From NCBI GenBank assembly GCA_043228905.1, contig JBHGNT010000004.1, positions 12,276,001 through 12,340,000 on the forward strand: DNA of 64,000 nt, given 5' to 3'. Positions 37,250 through 51,012 of the stretch are shown piece after piece (position 1 is the stretch's first letter; every line of letters begins with the position of its first letter). Made by a program: the position numbers and the translations under genes. Origin of the DNA: Azolla caroliniana (lineage: Eukaryota > Plantae > Polypodiophyta). The notes beneath the pieces are model-generated. The model saw only the letters and a list, made by a program, of their open reading frames with translations, searched no databases and had not been told where the DNA came from.

Positions 37250-40200
37250 AAGACTGTTGAAAGATTTGGTTATAATACATACATGGCTATGCATTATGCA
37301 TATATGTCTAAAGTGGTATAGATTCTTGATCCAAATCTTTTTGATGAAGCAAAATCTGATAATAAATGGGTGAATGAAATGCAAGAAGATATAGATGCAT
37401 TGGCTGAAAATAAAACATGGAATATAGTAAAGTTAGCAAAAGGAAAAAATGTTGTAGGTTGCAAATGGATCTACAAAACAAAGCATGATTCGAATGGGAA
37501 TGTAAGTAGACATAATGCAAGACTTGTGGCAAAGGGATATGCCCAGAAGCAAGGAATTGATTATGATGAAACATTTGCACCAGTTCAAAAAATGGCAACC
37601 TTGAGAACACTACTTGCTATAAGTGCAACCAAAAGATTGGTTCTGCACCATATGGATGTAAAAAGTGCCTTTTTACATGGTAACTTGGAAGAGGAAGTAT
37701 ACCTGTGTCAACCACCAGGATTTGAAGATAAGAAGCACCCAGAATATGTTGTAAGCTGAAAAAGGCTCTCTATGGACTAAAACAAGCATCGAGAGCATGA
37801 CACAAAGAACTTTCAAAATCTTTGAAAAAAATTACTTTCAAAATGTCAAAGGCTGATCCATCATTATATGTTAAAAGGATGAATGATTGCATTGTTATGA
37901 TTTTGATTTATGTAGATGATTTAATCATCGGAGGTGATTCTATGGATGAAATAAATAGGTTGAAGAAAAATTTGGAAATGCAATTTTATATGAAGGATTT
38001 GGGAGAGTTGAGAATCTTTCTTGGTATTGAGATAATTAGATCTGAAAGTGGTATATATATGTTGCAAAAATAGTATGCAACAACTATGTTGAAGAAGTAT
38101 GGTATGCTTGGATGCAAACTATTGATGTACCACTAGATAAGAACTGCAAATTGAGGGTTGATTGGGGAGCGAAAATAGAAGATGTAAACATGTACAGGTC
38201 TATATGGTGGGCAACCTCATATATTTGACTATAACAAGACCTCATTTGAGTTATGTTGTTGGATTAGTTAGCCGGTTTATGCAACAGCCAACAAAGCCAC
38301 ATTTGGACTGCATTAGAAGAATCTTGAGGTATGTAAAAGCTACTCAGAACTATGGACTATTTTACAGGGATGATCTGGACATAAAGTGGGAAGGATATAC
38401 AGATGTTGATTGGGTTGGAAGCCAAACTGATAGAAGATCCACAAGTGCGGCTATTTCATGGAGTAGCAAGAAACAAGCTACTGTTGCATTATCTAGTACT
38501 GACGTTGAATATAGAGGAGCTGCAATAGCCACTTGTGTATGGATCACAAGATTGCTTGCTGATTTGGGAGAGTATATAGATGGTGCAATCACAATATGGT
38601 GTGACAATATGAGCAGCATTCAATTTGCAAAAAACCCAACGTTCCATGCAAGAACAAAGCACATCGGAGTGCATTATCACTTTGTTAGGGAAAAAGTGAT
38701 TGATGGAGAAGTGGATCTGTTGTATGTAAGTACAAATCAGCAAGTTGCTGGTATTCTTATGAAGGGACTGAGCATAGAAAAACATACACAGTTTCGAGAC
38801 ATGATGGGAGTTATTACCATTGGTATGATAACTGAAAAGAATGAAGGAAAGAAGAATGAAGATGATCTCAAGAAAGGATAAGTTGAGCTTGAGGGGGAGT
38901 GTTGAGAAACAATCTCAACAAAAGCATATGATGCATATTGGTAACTAAGATCTCCGATAGTGGCTATTGGGAAATTAGCTACTATTAGGCATGTAGATAA
39001 AATAGTTATTTAGCTATTCACAACTATTTAGCTACTCACGGCTAATTAGGTGCATATGTAAGTCACTTATATACTTAGGTAAAAAAGCCAGAGAAGAATG
39101 AGAGTAGTTGTAAGAGAAGAAGAAAACAAACGAGAGTGGTTTCTTTTGGGTTGCTATAGAAGTAAGTCTCCTTCCTCGTTCCATTTCTGTCTTGAGCACA
39201 CTAAACGATCCAGCACATCATAATCCAATCTACATTAAGAAGAGCCGGAGCGCCTTCGTAACACAAATCACCTTCCTCAGTCAAATCATCGACTTCCAAT
39301 TCGTTCCAGCTCTTGTTCGAATCAAATGTCTCCGATTCGTCCTTACTCAAGCCCTTGACCATATCCGCCCATGTCTTGGTTCTAGCCTCTCTGTCCCTTC
39401 TTGGCTTTACCTTCCCCTTGTTCGATTGTCTCCCGCTTGGGCTTGTTCTTTCGGTTGCTCCTCCCGAATCTGTCGTCAGCTTCTTCACCCAACCCCAAGT
39501 TGAACTCTTCATGTGACTCGACTGGACGGACTTGCCTCTAGCACAAGGTGTCGTTTCGGATCACTTCACCAAAGGGTGGTTACACTAAGGGATTCAACAC
39601 TACCAACTATAACCAGTTATCTTCCGGTTCGGTATCCGGATTCACAACACTCTTCGATTACAGGCGTAAGATCCATACACTGAGCGCAGAACGGAATAGA
39701 AACATGAACATGATAGCAATAACAAAACTCTCTTATATTAATATTTCGTCCCCTTAATACATCGATACCCAGATCCTTTTATAGGCCTCTGGTTGTGTGC
39801 ATTGTTGTTAAAAAACGCATATTTTATAAATAGAGTACGTTTTAGAGTACCCACATGTATTCTAAACGTATTTAACCTTTTGGAACTATCATTTTTTCTA
39901 AGCCTAAATTTGTAAATAACTTAAAATTTAATTTCCTGGGGTATTTTTTACTAGAGAAAAATAAAATAATTGGGGGTTTTTGTAACGATTTTCTACATTT
40001 TGCAGATACTAGGTTTTTATGCAGGATATGGAAGCTGCCTACACGAAATCCGAACTCTGAAGCTTCAAGCAACCTAGGTTTTTACACAGGTATATGAACT
40101 AAGATTGCTTTTTGAATACATTATATTATTATACAAGATTAACTCTCAGTGAACATAAATTCTATTGACATGTTTCTTCATTTCAATGAGAAATTTTCAG

Positions 40201-41182
40201 TGGTTAAATTTTCGCTAAATTGGTGATTTACCATCATCTTAATGTTACACAGACTATTAGTATCTATTGTATTTATGATTAATTATAATTATTCAGTTTG
40301 TGTATTTATAATTACTAGATTTGTTGTTATCCTCGATAACTTTTGAGGGTTGGGAGAGATGCTTTTCTTCAGGCTGGAAACAATAGACGGTTGAGCTCTG
40401 ACATTGATGAAATGTGATGATAAGTTAGGGAGGAAGAATAAGCCTTGCGGCTGGACATGGGTCCACCTCTAGAGACAAAATGGAGATCAATTTCTACCTC
40501 TATAAATATTAACCAGTGAAAATTTAGCTTTGCTTTAATGCATCTAGGAGTAGTAAATATTTTGTTTAGGCCTAATACCATCACCAAATCACAGAACACA
40601 ATAAACTCGAGCTTTCAAATTTTAGTGTTAATTGATCCTTCACACATAGAGAGCATAGGGTTTTATTTTTCACCTAATTTGACCAGAATTTCATAAAATT
40701 TGATGGCAATTTTGATCATAAAATCATAGAACTTATCAAAGGTAGATTCATATTTTTGGGTTAATTTGATTGTAGAACCATAGACTATATACGGTAGATA
40801 CATTTTTAATCCTTGATCATGATTCATATGGACATGGAATAAACATCAAATCAAGCTTAATCTAGGTCTTTTAATGGCTGGTTAATTCAATCATAATCAG
40901 CCATTAAAAGGCCTCCGCATTTGGAGAAGAAAGAAGAGGGGGATGAGGAATGCCTCATCATTGGAGAATGTCTTCTGTGTGAGATCGAGAGGGGTAGAGT
41001 GGAGGGATGGGGAAGAGCAAAAGCTCAGATCTTGGCAACATGCATATTATCTCATTCTTTATCTTGGGCCTTCTTTGGCCACTCAGAAAAGAAAGGATGA
41101 GAAGAAGTGAGCATTTACAACACATACATTATATATGCATATATACGTACATATACATAAATGTATGTATCTATTGTATGTA

Positions 41183-41186
<4 letters not shown>

Positions 41187-41225
<39 letters not shown>
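41187..41225 (+). repeat. (TG)n microsatellite
   Basis: Pure TG run inside the hAT element. Confidence 0.95.
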
Positions 41226-41229
<4 letters not shown>

Positions 41230-41852
41230 ACATTTGTGTTTGTGTGTTTGTATGCATGTATGATTTGTGATGCATACAATTGTGACACTCTTTACATCTA
41301 TTTCCTAGTCATGATATCTCACTAAATTGTCACTGTCACTCTTGAGATTTTGGAACAAGTATTTTGGAATTTTTCCTATTGAATTCATCAAAACACAAAT
41401 TCCATCAACTTATATGTATAATAGACTATAGTATAATACAACATGTTACATGTATGGTTTGGGTTTATGTGTGTCTATCCCTTCTTTAATACAACAAGGT
41501 TGGTGGCAGATAGAGACATTGATAGCTTGTGGTGACTTATCAAAGAATAGTGTCTTCATACAGGAGCACACCGACATCAAAGGTAAAAGTTCTGTGATTA
41601 TGTGCTCTTTTATAATTCATTTCTAATGAATAATAATATTTTCCTCTTGATGGGGATGGAATGCCATTTTCTTAGGCAGGTATCTTTCATTCGGATTTGC
41701 CATTTGCTTATGCCTATCATTTAAACAATTTCTTCCTGCATTGTTACATCACATGATTTCCTTATTCACACATTTAACATTGTGGATTTAGGAATTTAGG
41801 ACAATATAAAAGACAACTTTGAGTCTCTAGAACTTGTCATCCTCAATCAACT

Positions 41853-42910
41853 ATGCCACGCAAGGAATCCCCCTTATGCGATAAATATTGTTTGAACAAA
41901 CAAGCTAGGAAGTCATTTGGAAACTATTATTTGGATTGCAAATTATGTGGTTTTTCATGGCTCGGGGACACTAACACGTTTAGTTGCTCACCTTGTTGGA
42001 ATTAAAGCTGAAGGCATACAACAAGTGTGTGCAAGTAACTCTAGAGGCATATCAAGGTGCTATAGCAATAGCACAAGAAAGTGAATTGACTCGCAAGAAG
42101 CTTAAACGCATTAAAGAAGTAGAAGCCATGGAAAAAAAATTGAGCTTCAAGAAGGCATGGTGGATTCAATGGTTGATTCAATGTTCCAATCACAACCTTC
42201 AATGGATAGCATATATGCTTCATCTAAGAAGGATTCAATAGACCAAATTCCTAATATTGAAGATAGAAAAGGTTCAAGAAGAAAAAGTCTCACTCAAAGC
42301 ACGATAAGGAGAGGATCAAGTGCCGCTATGTTGATCAAGAAAGATCATGCAAACACAATGTTGGTTAGATGCATTGTGGAAGGTAATCTATCTTTTAATC
42401 TTTTGAAAATGTCATGTTGTAGGAACATGTTGTTAGCTTTCTCTGATATTGGGGAAAAGTATAGTGGTATTACCTTCAATGATTTAAGAGTTAAATATTT
42501 AAAGAAAGAGCATTTGAATCTGCAACACAAAGTGGAAAATGTGAAAGCCCTTTGGCCAAAATATGGAGTTACCATACTTTCAGATGGATGGATTGACACT
42601 AGCAAGTGAGCACTTGTGAATATTTTGGTGTCATGTTGTTATGGCACAATGTACCTTGAAACTATTGATTGTAGTGGTGTTTCTACAAGAGTTGAGGGTC
42701 CATGGTTGGTTGAAATGCTATCAACTGCGATAAAGGAAGTAAAAGTAGAAAATGTGGTGCAAATTGTCACGGATAATGCATCTAATTGTGTTAGCATGAA
42801 TCTTGTATGGACTCCTTGTGCATCACATTGTTTAGATTTATTGCTAGAGGATACTGGGAAGTTGAGTTGGGTTTGTCAAGTGCACAAGAGAGCAAATTGT
42901 GTGGTTAGAC
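41853..42910 (+). pseudogene. hAT transposase fragment (BED-finger remnant plus DUF659-type domain), truncated
   Basis: CKLCG near 41940; WPKYGVTILSDGWID; ENVVQIVTDNASN; WTPCASHCLDLLLED; stops and frameshifts; C-terminal half absent. Confidence 0.88.
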
Positions 42911-43214
42911 TATACACCATTTTGATTCAAACTTCAATTGTGTTCTCGAATCTCTAGTGTCCACTTTCATTTTAAAATAGATATATCACCTGTATAATGT
43001 ATTGAAACATAGACAACCATTTATCCATGGGCAATAAAGATAATTGGTATTTACTATATAGTATTCAAATTCCAAGTATCTTTGCATTCAACATCAGTGA
43101 TTTTCAAGTATTTGATGTATTCAACGCATTCAACATATTCAAGAATGTATTCAACGTATTCAAAACGTACTCAACGTACTCAATGTATTCAACGTATTTT
43201 ACCTTTAAATACGT

Positions 43215-44453
43215 TGTCGTGAAGATCCGTCACTACGTGCGGATCGTGAGGCGGAACCGCCGGGGTTCTGGACTGGAAGGACTTGAAGTTGGCGCTAGCT
43301 TTAGCGAGAAAGGTTTTAAGATAGATTGAAAGAGAGAGATTGAGATAAGATAGAACACTTGATTTTTAGATTGAGAGAGAGATTAAGAACTCTTGACTTT
43401 AGATTTTAAGAAACAAGTTACACAATCAATTCGATAACGAATTCTCTTCTTCTTAATTTCATAACAAAAAAAACCTAACCCTTCTTCTTTTTCATCCCTT
43501 CTTTTATAGATGCTCTAATGCATATGATGCATGTGATGGTACAAGACATGCATAAAATGCATGTTTGCCATTTGCCGCTCATGTATTACATGTGGTGCAT
43601 GATAACCATGTCACTCATTTTAGCTCTCATGTATGAGAATTTACATGTAAAAGTAAAGTGATAGAAATATAAATTCAACTAAATGTTATGGCTTAGTGGT
43701 AAGCCTATTGACTTTTAACTAGGAGGTGCAAGGTTCGAATCCACACTTGCACTCCTTGTGTATATATATATATATGTGTATACATTTATTTATTTATTTA
43801 TTTATATATCTATCCAGTCGCCGGATGCCGGATGATGTTGGTCGTCGTCGGTTACCGTCGGTTGCCGGATACCGACGGTAACGATGTCGCTGGTTACCGT
43901 CGTATGCCGGATGTCGTATGCCGGATGACGCCAGTTACCGTCGGTCGTCGGATTTTGGTTCCGTCGCCGGATGCCGGATGCCGAATCCCGGTTACCGTTT
44001 GGTCATCGGATGCCGGTTCCGTTGCCGGATGCCGGTTACATTGTCGGTCCGGTTTTGGTTGGGCAAAACCTTTGCAAGTAGTTAGGCCACACCCATTCAT
44101 CCAATAGCTTAGTCCAAGTCACCTTGAACTCTCTATGCTCCACACATAGACACAAAGATAATAGCTTTTGCTCTACCTTATATATGATGAGATCCTTATT
44201 TCCTGTCTATGTGGGATATCTCACAGTTTTATTTTTTTCTTCTTCCTTCTCATACTTCACTCCCACATAACTTGTCACTTAGAAGTCTGTTTCTTATGTA
44301 GTAAAGTGCATCTCTTCAAGATCTTCGTCTTTTGTACTAAGATACTAAACTTACTTAGAATCAGTATATTCACTATTATTGTTTTATATGATTGACACTT
44401 GATTTCGTACGTCTTATGTGATTTTCACACCATTGCCGAAAATCTTCACGACA
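43215..44453 (-). mobile_element. Solo LTR, 4-bp TSD ACGT, related to 17580-18465
   Basis: 12-bp terminal IR TGTCGTGAAGAT / ATCTTCACGACA; ACGT at 43211-43214 and 44454-44457; shared GGATCGT..GAACCGC.GGG..TGGACT start and GGAGGTGCAAGGTTCGAATC motif. Confidence 0.85.
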
Positions 44454-47400
44454 ACGTATTCTAAGAACTTATAAAATTTTTTTAGAATACTTATAAAATA
44501 CGTAGCATACATATTGTATGCGTACGGTATGCTACGTATGTTACAACCATGGTTCTGTGTTACAAAATGTTGCCGAACTAGCAACCGGCTACGAACCGGT
44601 CCGGATCCGTCTGTTCCTATAATAATTCTCACTATTAATATTATTATCATACCTGGAAACCGGCTCGTCCCTTTTCCTATTACATACTTTGGCCGCCACT
44701 AGCCAACACATGGCACGCTTGTGGGACAGTACATTGTACGTTGAACCAACAGGTTAGCTCCACTACTCTTCATCTAGTATGTCTTGAATACTTTGGTCCA
44801 ATGGTTCGAGGTGTTCGTCGCTTTGCTGCTCCTACTCCGCCTATTGCTATTGGAGTTGCTCGTTCCCAGTTTCGGCGTTCTCGTCTCCTCTAGCTACATC
44901 CATTCTCACCTCCTCTCTAGCTCCTTCCGGCTGCTCCCGTCTAGCTCCTGCTGGTTGTTCCAATCTGGCTTCATCCGTCTGCTTTATTCTGGGTTCGGTT
45001 TTATTCGGAGGCTGATCCGCAAATTGTTATTCATCACTAATGTTAATCGCCGCCGTCATCCGTGCCACCTCCTTTTGTCGACGCTCCTGTTCGAATCGCT
45101 TGATATGGAGTTGGGTGTTGAGCTCTTCATCGTCTAATCATTCCAATAGCCTTTTGACAGCAACCAATTGTTCTCTGGCCAAGGATAGAAAGTCATCCGA
45201 CAACTCTTCCCGGATGGTGACAATGCTTTCTGCATCCATGTTATAGAAGTGGTTGCCGTCTTTTCTCCAGTTCTCGACGTCCACTCGTAGGACCTGTAGT
45301 TTGGCTGCCTGCTGCGTCCACTTTGTCCACCATTCCATAGAGCTTTTGTCAATCATCCTCTTCGTCCGTTCTTTCCATGCTAGCAAAATGTCCCGAATTC
45401 GGTTTAGCCCTAGATTGGACTTATCCTCCGTGGCCTGCTTTTCCTCCTTCAATTTCCTTATCAGGGTCGTGGTTACCTGGGCCTGCACCCCATATTCCAG
45501 CAATTGTGTCTGATAGGTTGTCTGAACCCTATCTAGAGCCATTTTTGCTTGTTCAATCTCCTAATAATGTTGCCGGGTGAGCACCGTCCTTTCTCTTGCG
45601 GCCTCCTCTAGAAGCTTCACCGACTCAACCTCCTTTGTTCGTTCCTCTGCCAGAGCGCATCCATTTTCTTTGCTACATCAGCCCAGAGTTCTCTGATCTT
45701 CTCTTGTTGCCGGTCACACTCTATAATTAACTTCTTATATTGCACATCAAGTTGTTTGTCATCCCGGTGTAGCTTCTCAAAATCATTTGTTTACTATTTT
45801 AACTTCCGGTTGATTTTTACTATTTTCTCAAAATCCCTCGTGCGCGGTCCTCTCTGACCTTTTGTTGTCAGAGCTCCTCCTTGAGTCTTTTGATTTCTAT
45901 TTCTACACTACGCTGGAGTTTCTCCTTTTCCTGTAGCAGTTTTTCTCTTTCTTCTTTCAGCTAGTCATTGTTAGCCTGACTTTTTCTAAGGGTCTCTTCA
46001 ATCCTCCGCTTCTCCACCTCGGCTGTCTTCTTTTGCTCCCTTTCTCTGCCCCGTAGAGTCTCTTGAGCTGACAATTCCTCTTTCAAGATGGCTATTTCTT
46101 GTTCAGGCTCGTAATTATTTATCGGTGTTGTGCTAGCCCCCAATTCTTTGCTTCTCTGTGTATTAGCCGGTGGCACCGGCTTGGTGGTTGTATTTGGCCC
46201 TGTCTGGGCTATATCGGTCGCTTGTTCCTTGGCCTTCTCCAACTCTTCTTCTAAGCTCCGGATTCATGTACGGGCCTTTTCTAATTCTTTGGTCATGGCT
46301 AGCAACCAATCCATTTGCATCCTTTCTTCCTGCTCCATCCGGTTCACAATTCCTGACCTTCTCAACCATTGCCGGAAGGTTCCGTGTTGTATTGGGAGAA
46401 CGACCGGTTGTCCGTGCTCCGGTCTTGGTTTGGGCTCTGTTCTGAACCATTAGGTCAAGGGCACCGGTGTCCACTCTAGACAACGTTCCTCCTGTTGTTC
46501 TTGAAGGCCCGGTGAGGTCCGATTCTCTGTATCCGGTTCCTGTTGACCCGTGGTCCCCACTTCTAGCCTTATTTCCGGTTCTGCCTCTGTCCGGGGTTCT
46601 ACCACCACTGAGCAGGTCGTCGGGGTGTTGTCCAACATTGGACCCAATCCTTCCCCTTGCTGCTCCGTATCGCGCTTTCTTGGCTGGCGTTGGAGGGTTT
46701 CGGTTGGGTCTTCTTTTGCCTTTTCCTCCGTCGTTTCATGGTGCACCCTTCGAACCAAATCGTCTGTTTTGATTTGTTCCACCTAACTATGAAAGAGGCG
46801 CAAAAAATTTGTCTTTAATTCTTCAAATGTGGCAATACTTTTGGAAAGGTGCTTGTTATGCCATCATGCGGTTGGTTCTGCCAAATTCTGCTATCTTCAA
46901 GCATGTGACCTTTGCTTCAGTTTGCCGTTGTGAAACATGGTTCGCTTCCCATGTTTGGAGAAAGACATAGATGTGGGCCTCCGCGTCCGGGTCATCCCGA
47001 TATTTCGCATACTGGTATGGCATGGTTTCGTCGTTTATTAGTTTTGTCAGAGGTGGTGTCGGTACTCGGTCCTCCTATTTCTTTGGTGACTTGGGTGGTG
47101 ATGTCGGAGCCTGTTCCTCCTGAGTCTCCGATTAGTTGTGTGGTGGTGTAGGGACTTGCTCGTCCGTTTCTTTCCCTTGCTAATTCGAACCTATTTCATT
47201 GACCGGGGATACCGGGTTTGTCGTTTCCGGTTTGGGTGTCGGTATGTTTTCCGAATCGTCGTCGTCCGGGACTTTCGGGGTGTTGTGACTGCTTCGATAA
47301 TTGGACTGAACACTGTGCTCCCTGTCTGAATTTGATTCAATAGTCGAGAACGCTCCCAAACCTCCCTCGCCCGCTACAAGGGTCTGCAGGATGGATTCCA

Positions 47401-50400
47401 CATCCCACAAACTACTCAAACTGCTTCCTTCGTCCGGGTATGGATTGTGCTGTAACCAGAGGGACTCCTTTGCGACCCGCTGAATCACACTGGAAAAAGA
47501 CCGATCCGATTGAATCTCCTCAACCGCCTGCTGGTAAGCCTCCCGCTTCCGTAGTCTCTCGCCTAGTTTTCCTGCTCATTCGACAACTGGGTCGTTCGTT
47601 GGTCTAGTCATCCATCCTCTCGTTGTTCGCTACTTGTTGTAGGAATCGTAGTCGTCAAAATTGTGTTGCTCCTGGGCCGGACTTGCCTTTAACACAAGGT
47701 GTCCTTTCGGATCACTTCACCAAAGGGTGGTTACGGTAAGGGATTCAACACTACCAACTGTAACCAGTTATCGTCTGGTTCGGTATCCGGATTCACAACA
47801 CTCATCGATTACACACGTAAGGTCCATATATTGAGCGCAGAATGGAATAGAAACATGAACATGATAACAATAACAAAACTCTCTTATATTATTATTATGT
47901 CCCCTTAATACATTGATACACGAATCCTTTTATAGGCCTCCGGTTTTGTGTTACAAAACGGTGCCGAACTGGCAACCAACTATGAACCGGTCCGGATCCG
48001 GATCGACATACCTATTCTAGATCCGTCCGTTCCTATAATAGTTCTTACTATTAATATTATTATCATATCCGAAAACTGGCTAGTCTCTTTTCCTATTACA
48101 TACTTTGGCCGCCATTGGCCAACACTTCCTCTCCTTTCAAACCAAGCGCACGCGAGAATTGCCGCAACTTTTCTAGGCCAAGGGGTTTTTGTGAAGATAT
48201 TGTGCGGAAATAACACTCGGCCACGACCAAGTCTTCATGAAGGAATAAAAAAGAACAAACTGAAACCGAGATGACACAGGATGTTTACGTGGAAAACCCT
48301 AAACGGGAAAAACCACGGGAGCCCACGGACTCCAACTATCACTATGAGAGGGGAGGAATACAATGTGAGACTCAGAGGCAAAGACCTCGAGCTCGATGTC
48401 TTCGCCAACCGGCAGTTACAATAGCAAAATAGTTCTGTGTATGTTTCTCTCTCACTCACTCTTTGTATACAACAACTCTACAACAAATCGCAATAATCAC
48501 ATCTCATAATCATATAAAATGATTGCCCTAAGTCATATTTATACTTATATATGAAATTTGGGTTATTTACAAATATAGCCACGATGGGCTCACTATGAAA
48601 GATATTTACGCATATGTCCTTGGATCCGGTTTGAACTGGATCCATCCAGATTCACCCGATCTGGTTTTTGGGTCTCATCCGGAACCCTTCCGGATTCGGT
48701 TCCTTCATCCGGCTCGTCCGGTTCTCATCCAGATCCCATCCAAAGGGACCGAGTTCCCAACTAACTCCCCCCTTCACTTCGGCATGGGGTTTCTCGTTAA
48801 TCTGATCCGTCTTCGCCACGCGTCCAGCTTGTCGGTTGAAAGCACCTTGGTCAGCATATCCGATCCGTTCTCCTTCGTGTGGATCTTCGTCAGCACGAAG
48901 TCTTGATGCTCTACTTGCTCCCGGAGCCAGTGATATCTCCTGTAGATGTTTGTTTATCTAGGAATGGTAGGCTGCATTCTTCATAAGGTGGATGGCATTT
49001 TGACTGTCGTAGTAGAGCCAATATTCCTCCTATCGGATCCCTAGCTCTCCGATGAAGTCCTTCATCCAGATTACTTCCTTGCCGGCTTCCAGATCTGCCA
49101 TATACTCTGCTTCCATTGTTGATAGTGCAACGGACTTCTGCAGCCTCGACTGTCACGATATGGCTCCCCCTGCATAATTTATAACATGTTCGGATATAGA
49201 CAAGCTAGTATCTGCATTAGCCGACATATCCGAATCCATGAATCCGTCTAGTTGGGGTTTACTAGCGCCGAATCGAAGGCACATACTCGAGGTGCCTTTC
49301 AAATACCGGAGTATCCACTTGACCGCATTCCAGTGCTCTTTTCCAGAATTGCTCATGAACTGACTCACCACTCAAACTGCATATCCGATATCCGGTCAAG
49401 TACACACCATTGTGTACATCAAGCTCCTGGCGGCGGAGGCATATGGTATCTTCATCATGTCCGTCATCTCTGTCTTTGTCTTAGGGCTTTGCTTTCCAAA
49501 TAGCTTGCAGTTTGCTGGGAGTGTCGATTTGACTAGTTTTGCATCCAGCACCTTTGTCATGTACTTTTCTTGTGACAACCACAACAGCTTCTTCTTCCAG
49601 TCCCGGATGATGTGCATCCCTAAGATTTTTCTATCCGAACCCAAATCTTTCATGGAGAAAGTCCAGTTCAAGGCCATCTTCAACATCCCGATTTTGGTTC
49701 GGTTCGGTCCGAAGATCAACATGTCATCCACGTATAGGAGTACTAGGAAATCGCCTCCATCGAATTTCTTTACAAACATGCAGAACTCGGCTTGCATTTT
49801 GTGGTATCCTTGATCAGTCATGAAGGAGTCAAACTTCGGATACCTTTTCCGGGGGGCTTGCTTCAATCCGTATTAGCTCTTCTTCAGCCAGCACACTAGG
49901 TGCCCCTTCCCTTTCTTCTCAAATCCTTCCGATTGATGCATGTAGATCTCTTCTTCGAGGTCGCCATGTAGGAATGTCATCTTGACATCCACTTGCTCTA
50001 CCTCAAGGTCCATGCTTGCTGCTATGCCGAATACCGTCCGGATGGATGTCATCTTTACTACTGGGGCAAAGATCTCATGGAAGTCCACTCCTTTCTTTTG
50101 CTGGAAGCCCTTCACCATGATCCGGGCCTTATACCTTGGTCGATTTCCGCGTCTCCCAGTTTCAACTTGTACACCCACTTGTTTCGGAGTGCCCTCTTTT
50201 TTTTCGGCAACTCTGTCAGTTCGTATGTGTGGTTCTCATGCAGGGAATCCATCTCGTCTTGCATGACACAACCACTTGCGGTTGTGGTGTCTTTCTTTGC
50301 TTCTTCCAAGCTTTCCGGCTCCCCCTCATCGATCAACAATACGTGCTCTACATCCGGAAATCTCCAGTGGGCTCTTCTCTCCCTTAGAGGGTATCTACAC

Positions 50401-51012
50401 CTTTGTTCTTCAACTACAGGTTCCTCTGTTTGTTCTTCATCCGAATTTGATTCGGGGTCTTGTCCGGTTCCGGTGTCTCCTTCTTCTTCTTCTTCGGTCG
50501 GTTCGGTTTCTTGTCCGAATCCAGCCGGTTCATCGAGTGTCAATCTGTTATTGGCTATGTTTCGGTTTTCAACCGGGTAGGTGCTTGTGTCCTAAAACCG
50601 GTTTTCATTGGATGATCCGGAGTTCCTCACCTTCTTCTCCGACTCCCATTCGGCAATGTTCCTGTCTTCCATGAAGACTATATCCCGACTCCAGAACACC
50701 TTCTTGTCAACCAAGTCCCACACTCAATAACCAAACTCATCATCGTTGTATCCAAGAAATATGCGTGGCCTGGACTTCGGATCCAACTTTACTCTCTTGT
50801 CCTTTGGGACATGCACATTTGCGAGATAACCGAACACCTTCAGATGCCGGTAAGATACATCTTTACCGGTCCATACTTTCGGCGGTAAGTCTCCTTCCAA
50901 GGGTGCTGAGGGTGATATGTTTATCACATAGGTCGTCCTCATCAACGCCTCAGCCCAAAACATCTTGGGTAACTTGGCATGTGCTAGCATGCTTCGAACT
51001 CTCTCCATTATG

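Larger units (their letters stand above)
28509..39263 (+). mobile_element. Element C: full-length decayed Ty1/Copia containing element D
   Basis: TSD CAAAT at 28504-28508 and 39264-39268; LTRs 28509-28877 and 38900-39263; PBS variant TGGTAGGAGAGC at 28878; PPT GAGGGGGAG at 38891-38899; gag, integrase (35717-36163), RT (YVDD) and RNase H with many stops. Confidence 0.95.
39800..44551 (+). mobile_element. hAT DNA transposon, internally deleted
   Basis: Imperfect 11-bp TIRs CATTGTTGTTA / TTACAACCATG; 8-bp TSD GTTGTGTG (39792-39799) and GTTCTGTG (44552-44559); subterminal ACGTA repeats; the host LTR is uninterrupted in the copy near 47942. Confidence 0.85.
39512..48124 (-). mobile_element. Element F: non-autonomous LTR element encoding only a fragmented coiled-coil ORF; left LTR split by a hAT
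   Basis: LTRs 39512-39799 plus 44552-44708 and ~47664-48124; flanks CTTCA and CTTCC (TSD with one mismatch); minus-strand ORF fragments 45138-47488; no RT or integrase motifs seen. Confidence 0.75.

Noticed and set aside
43689-43760. Functional tRNA genes here and at 18073 and 27268
   Set aside because: A and B boxes are present, but I could not form convincing acceptor and anticodon stems; treated as tRNA-derived motifs.
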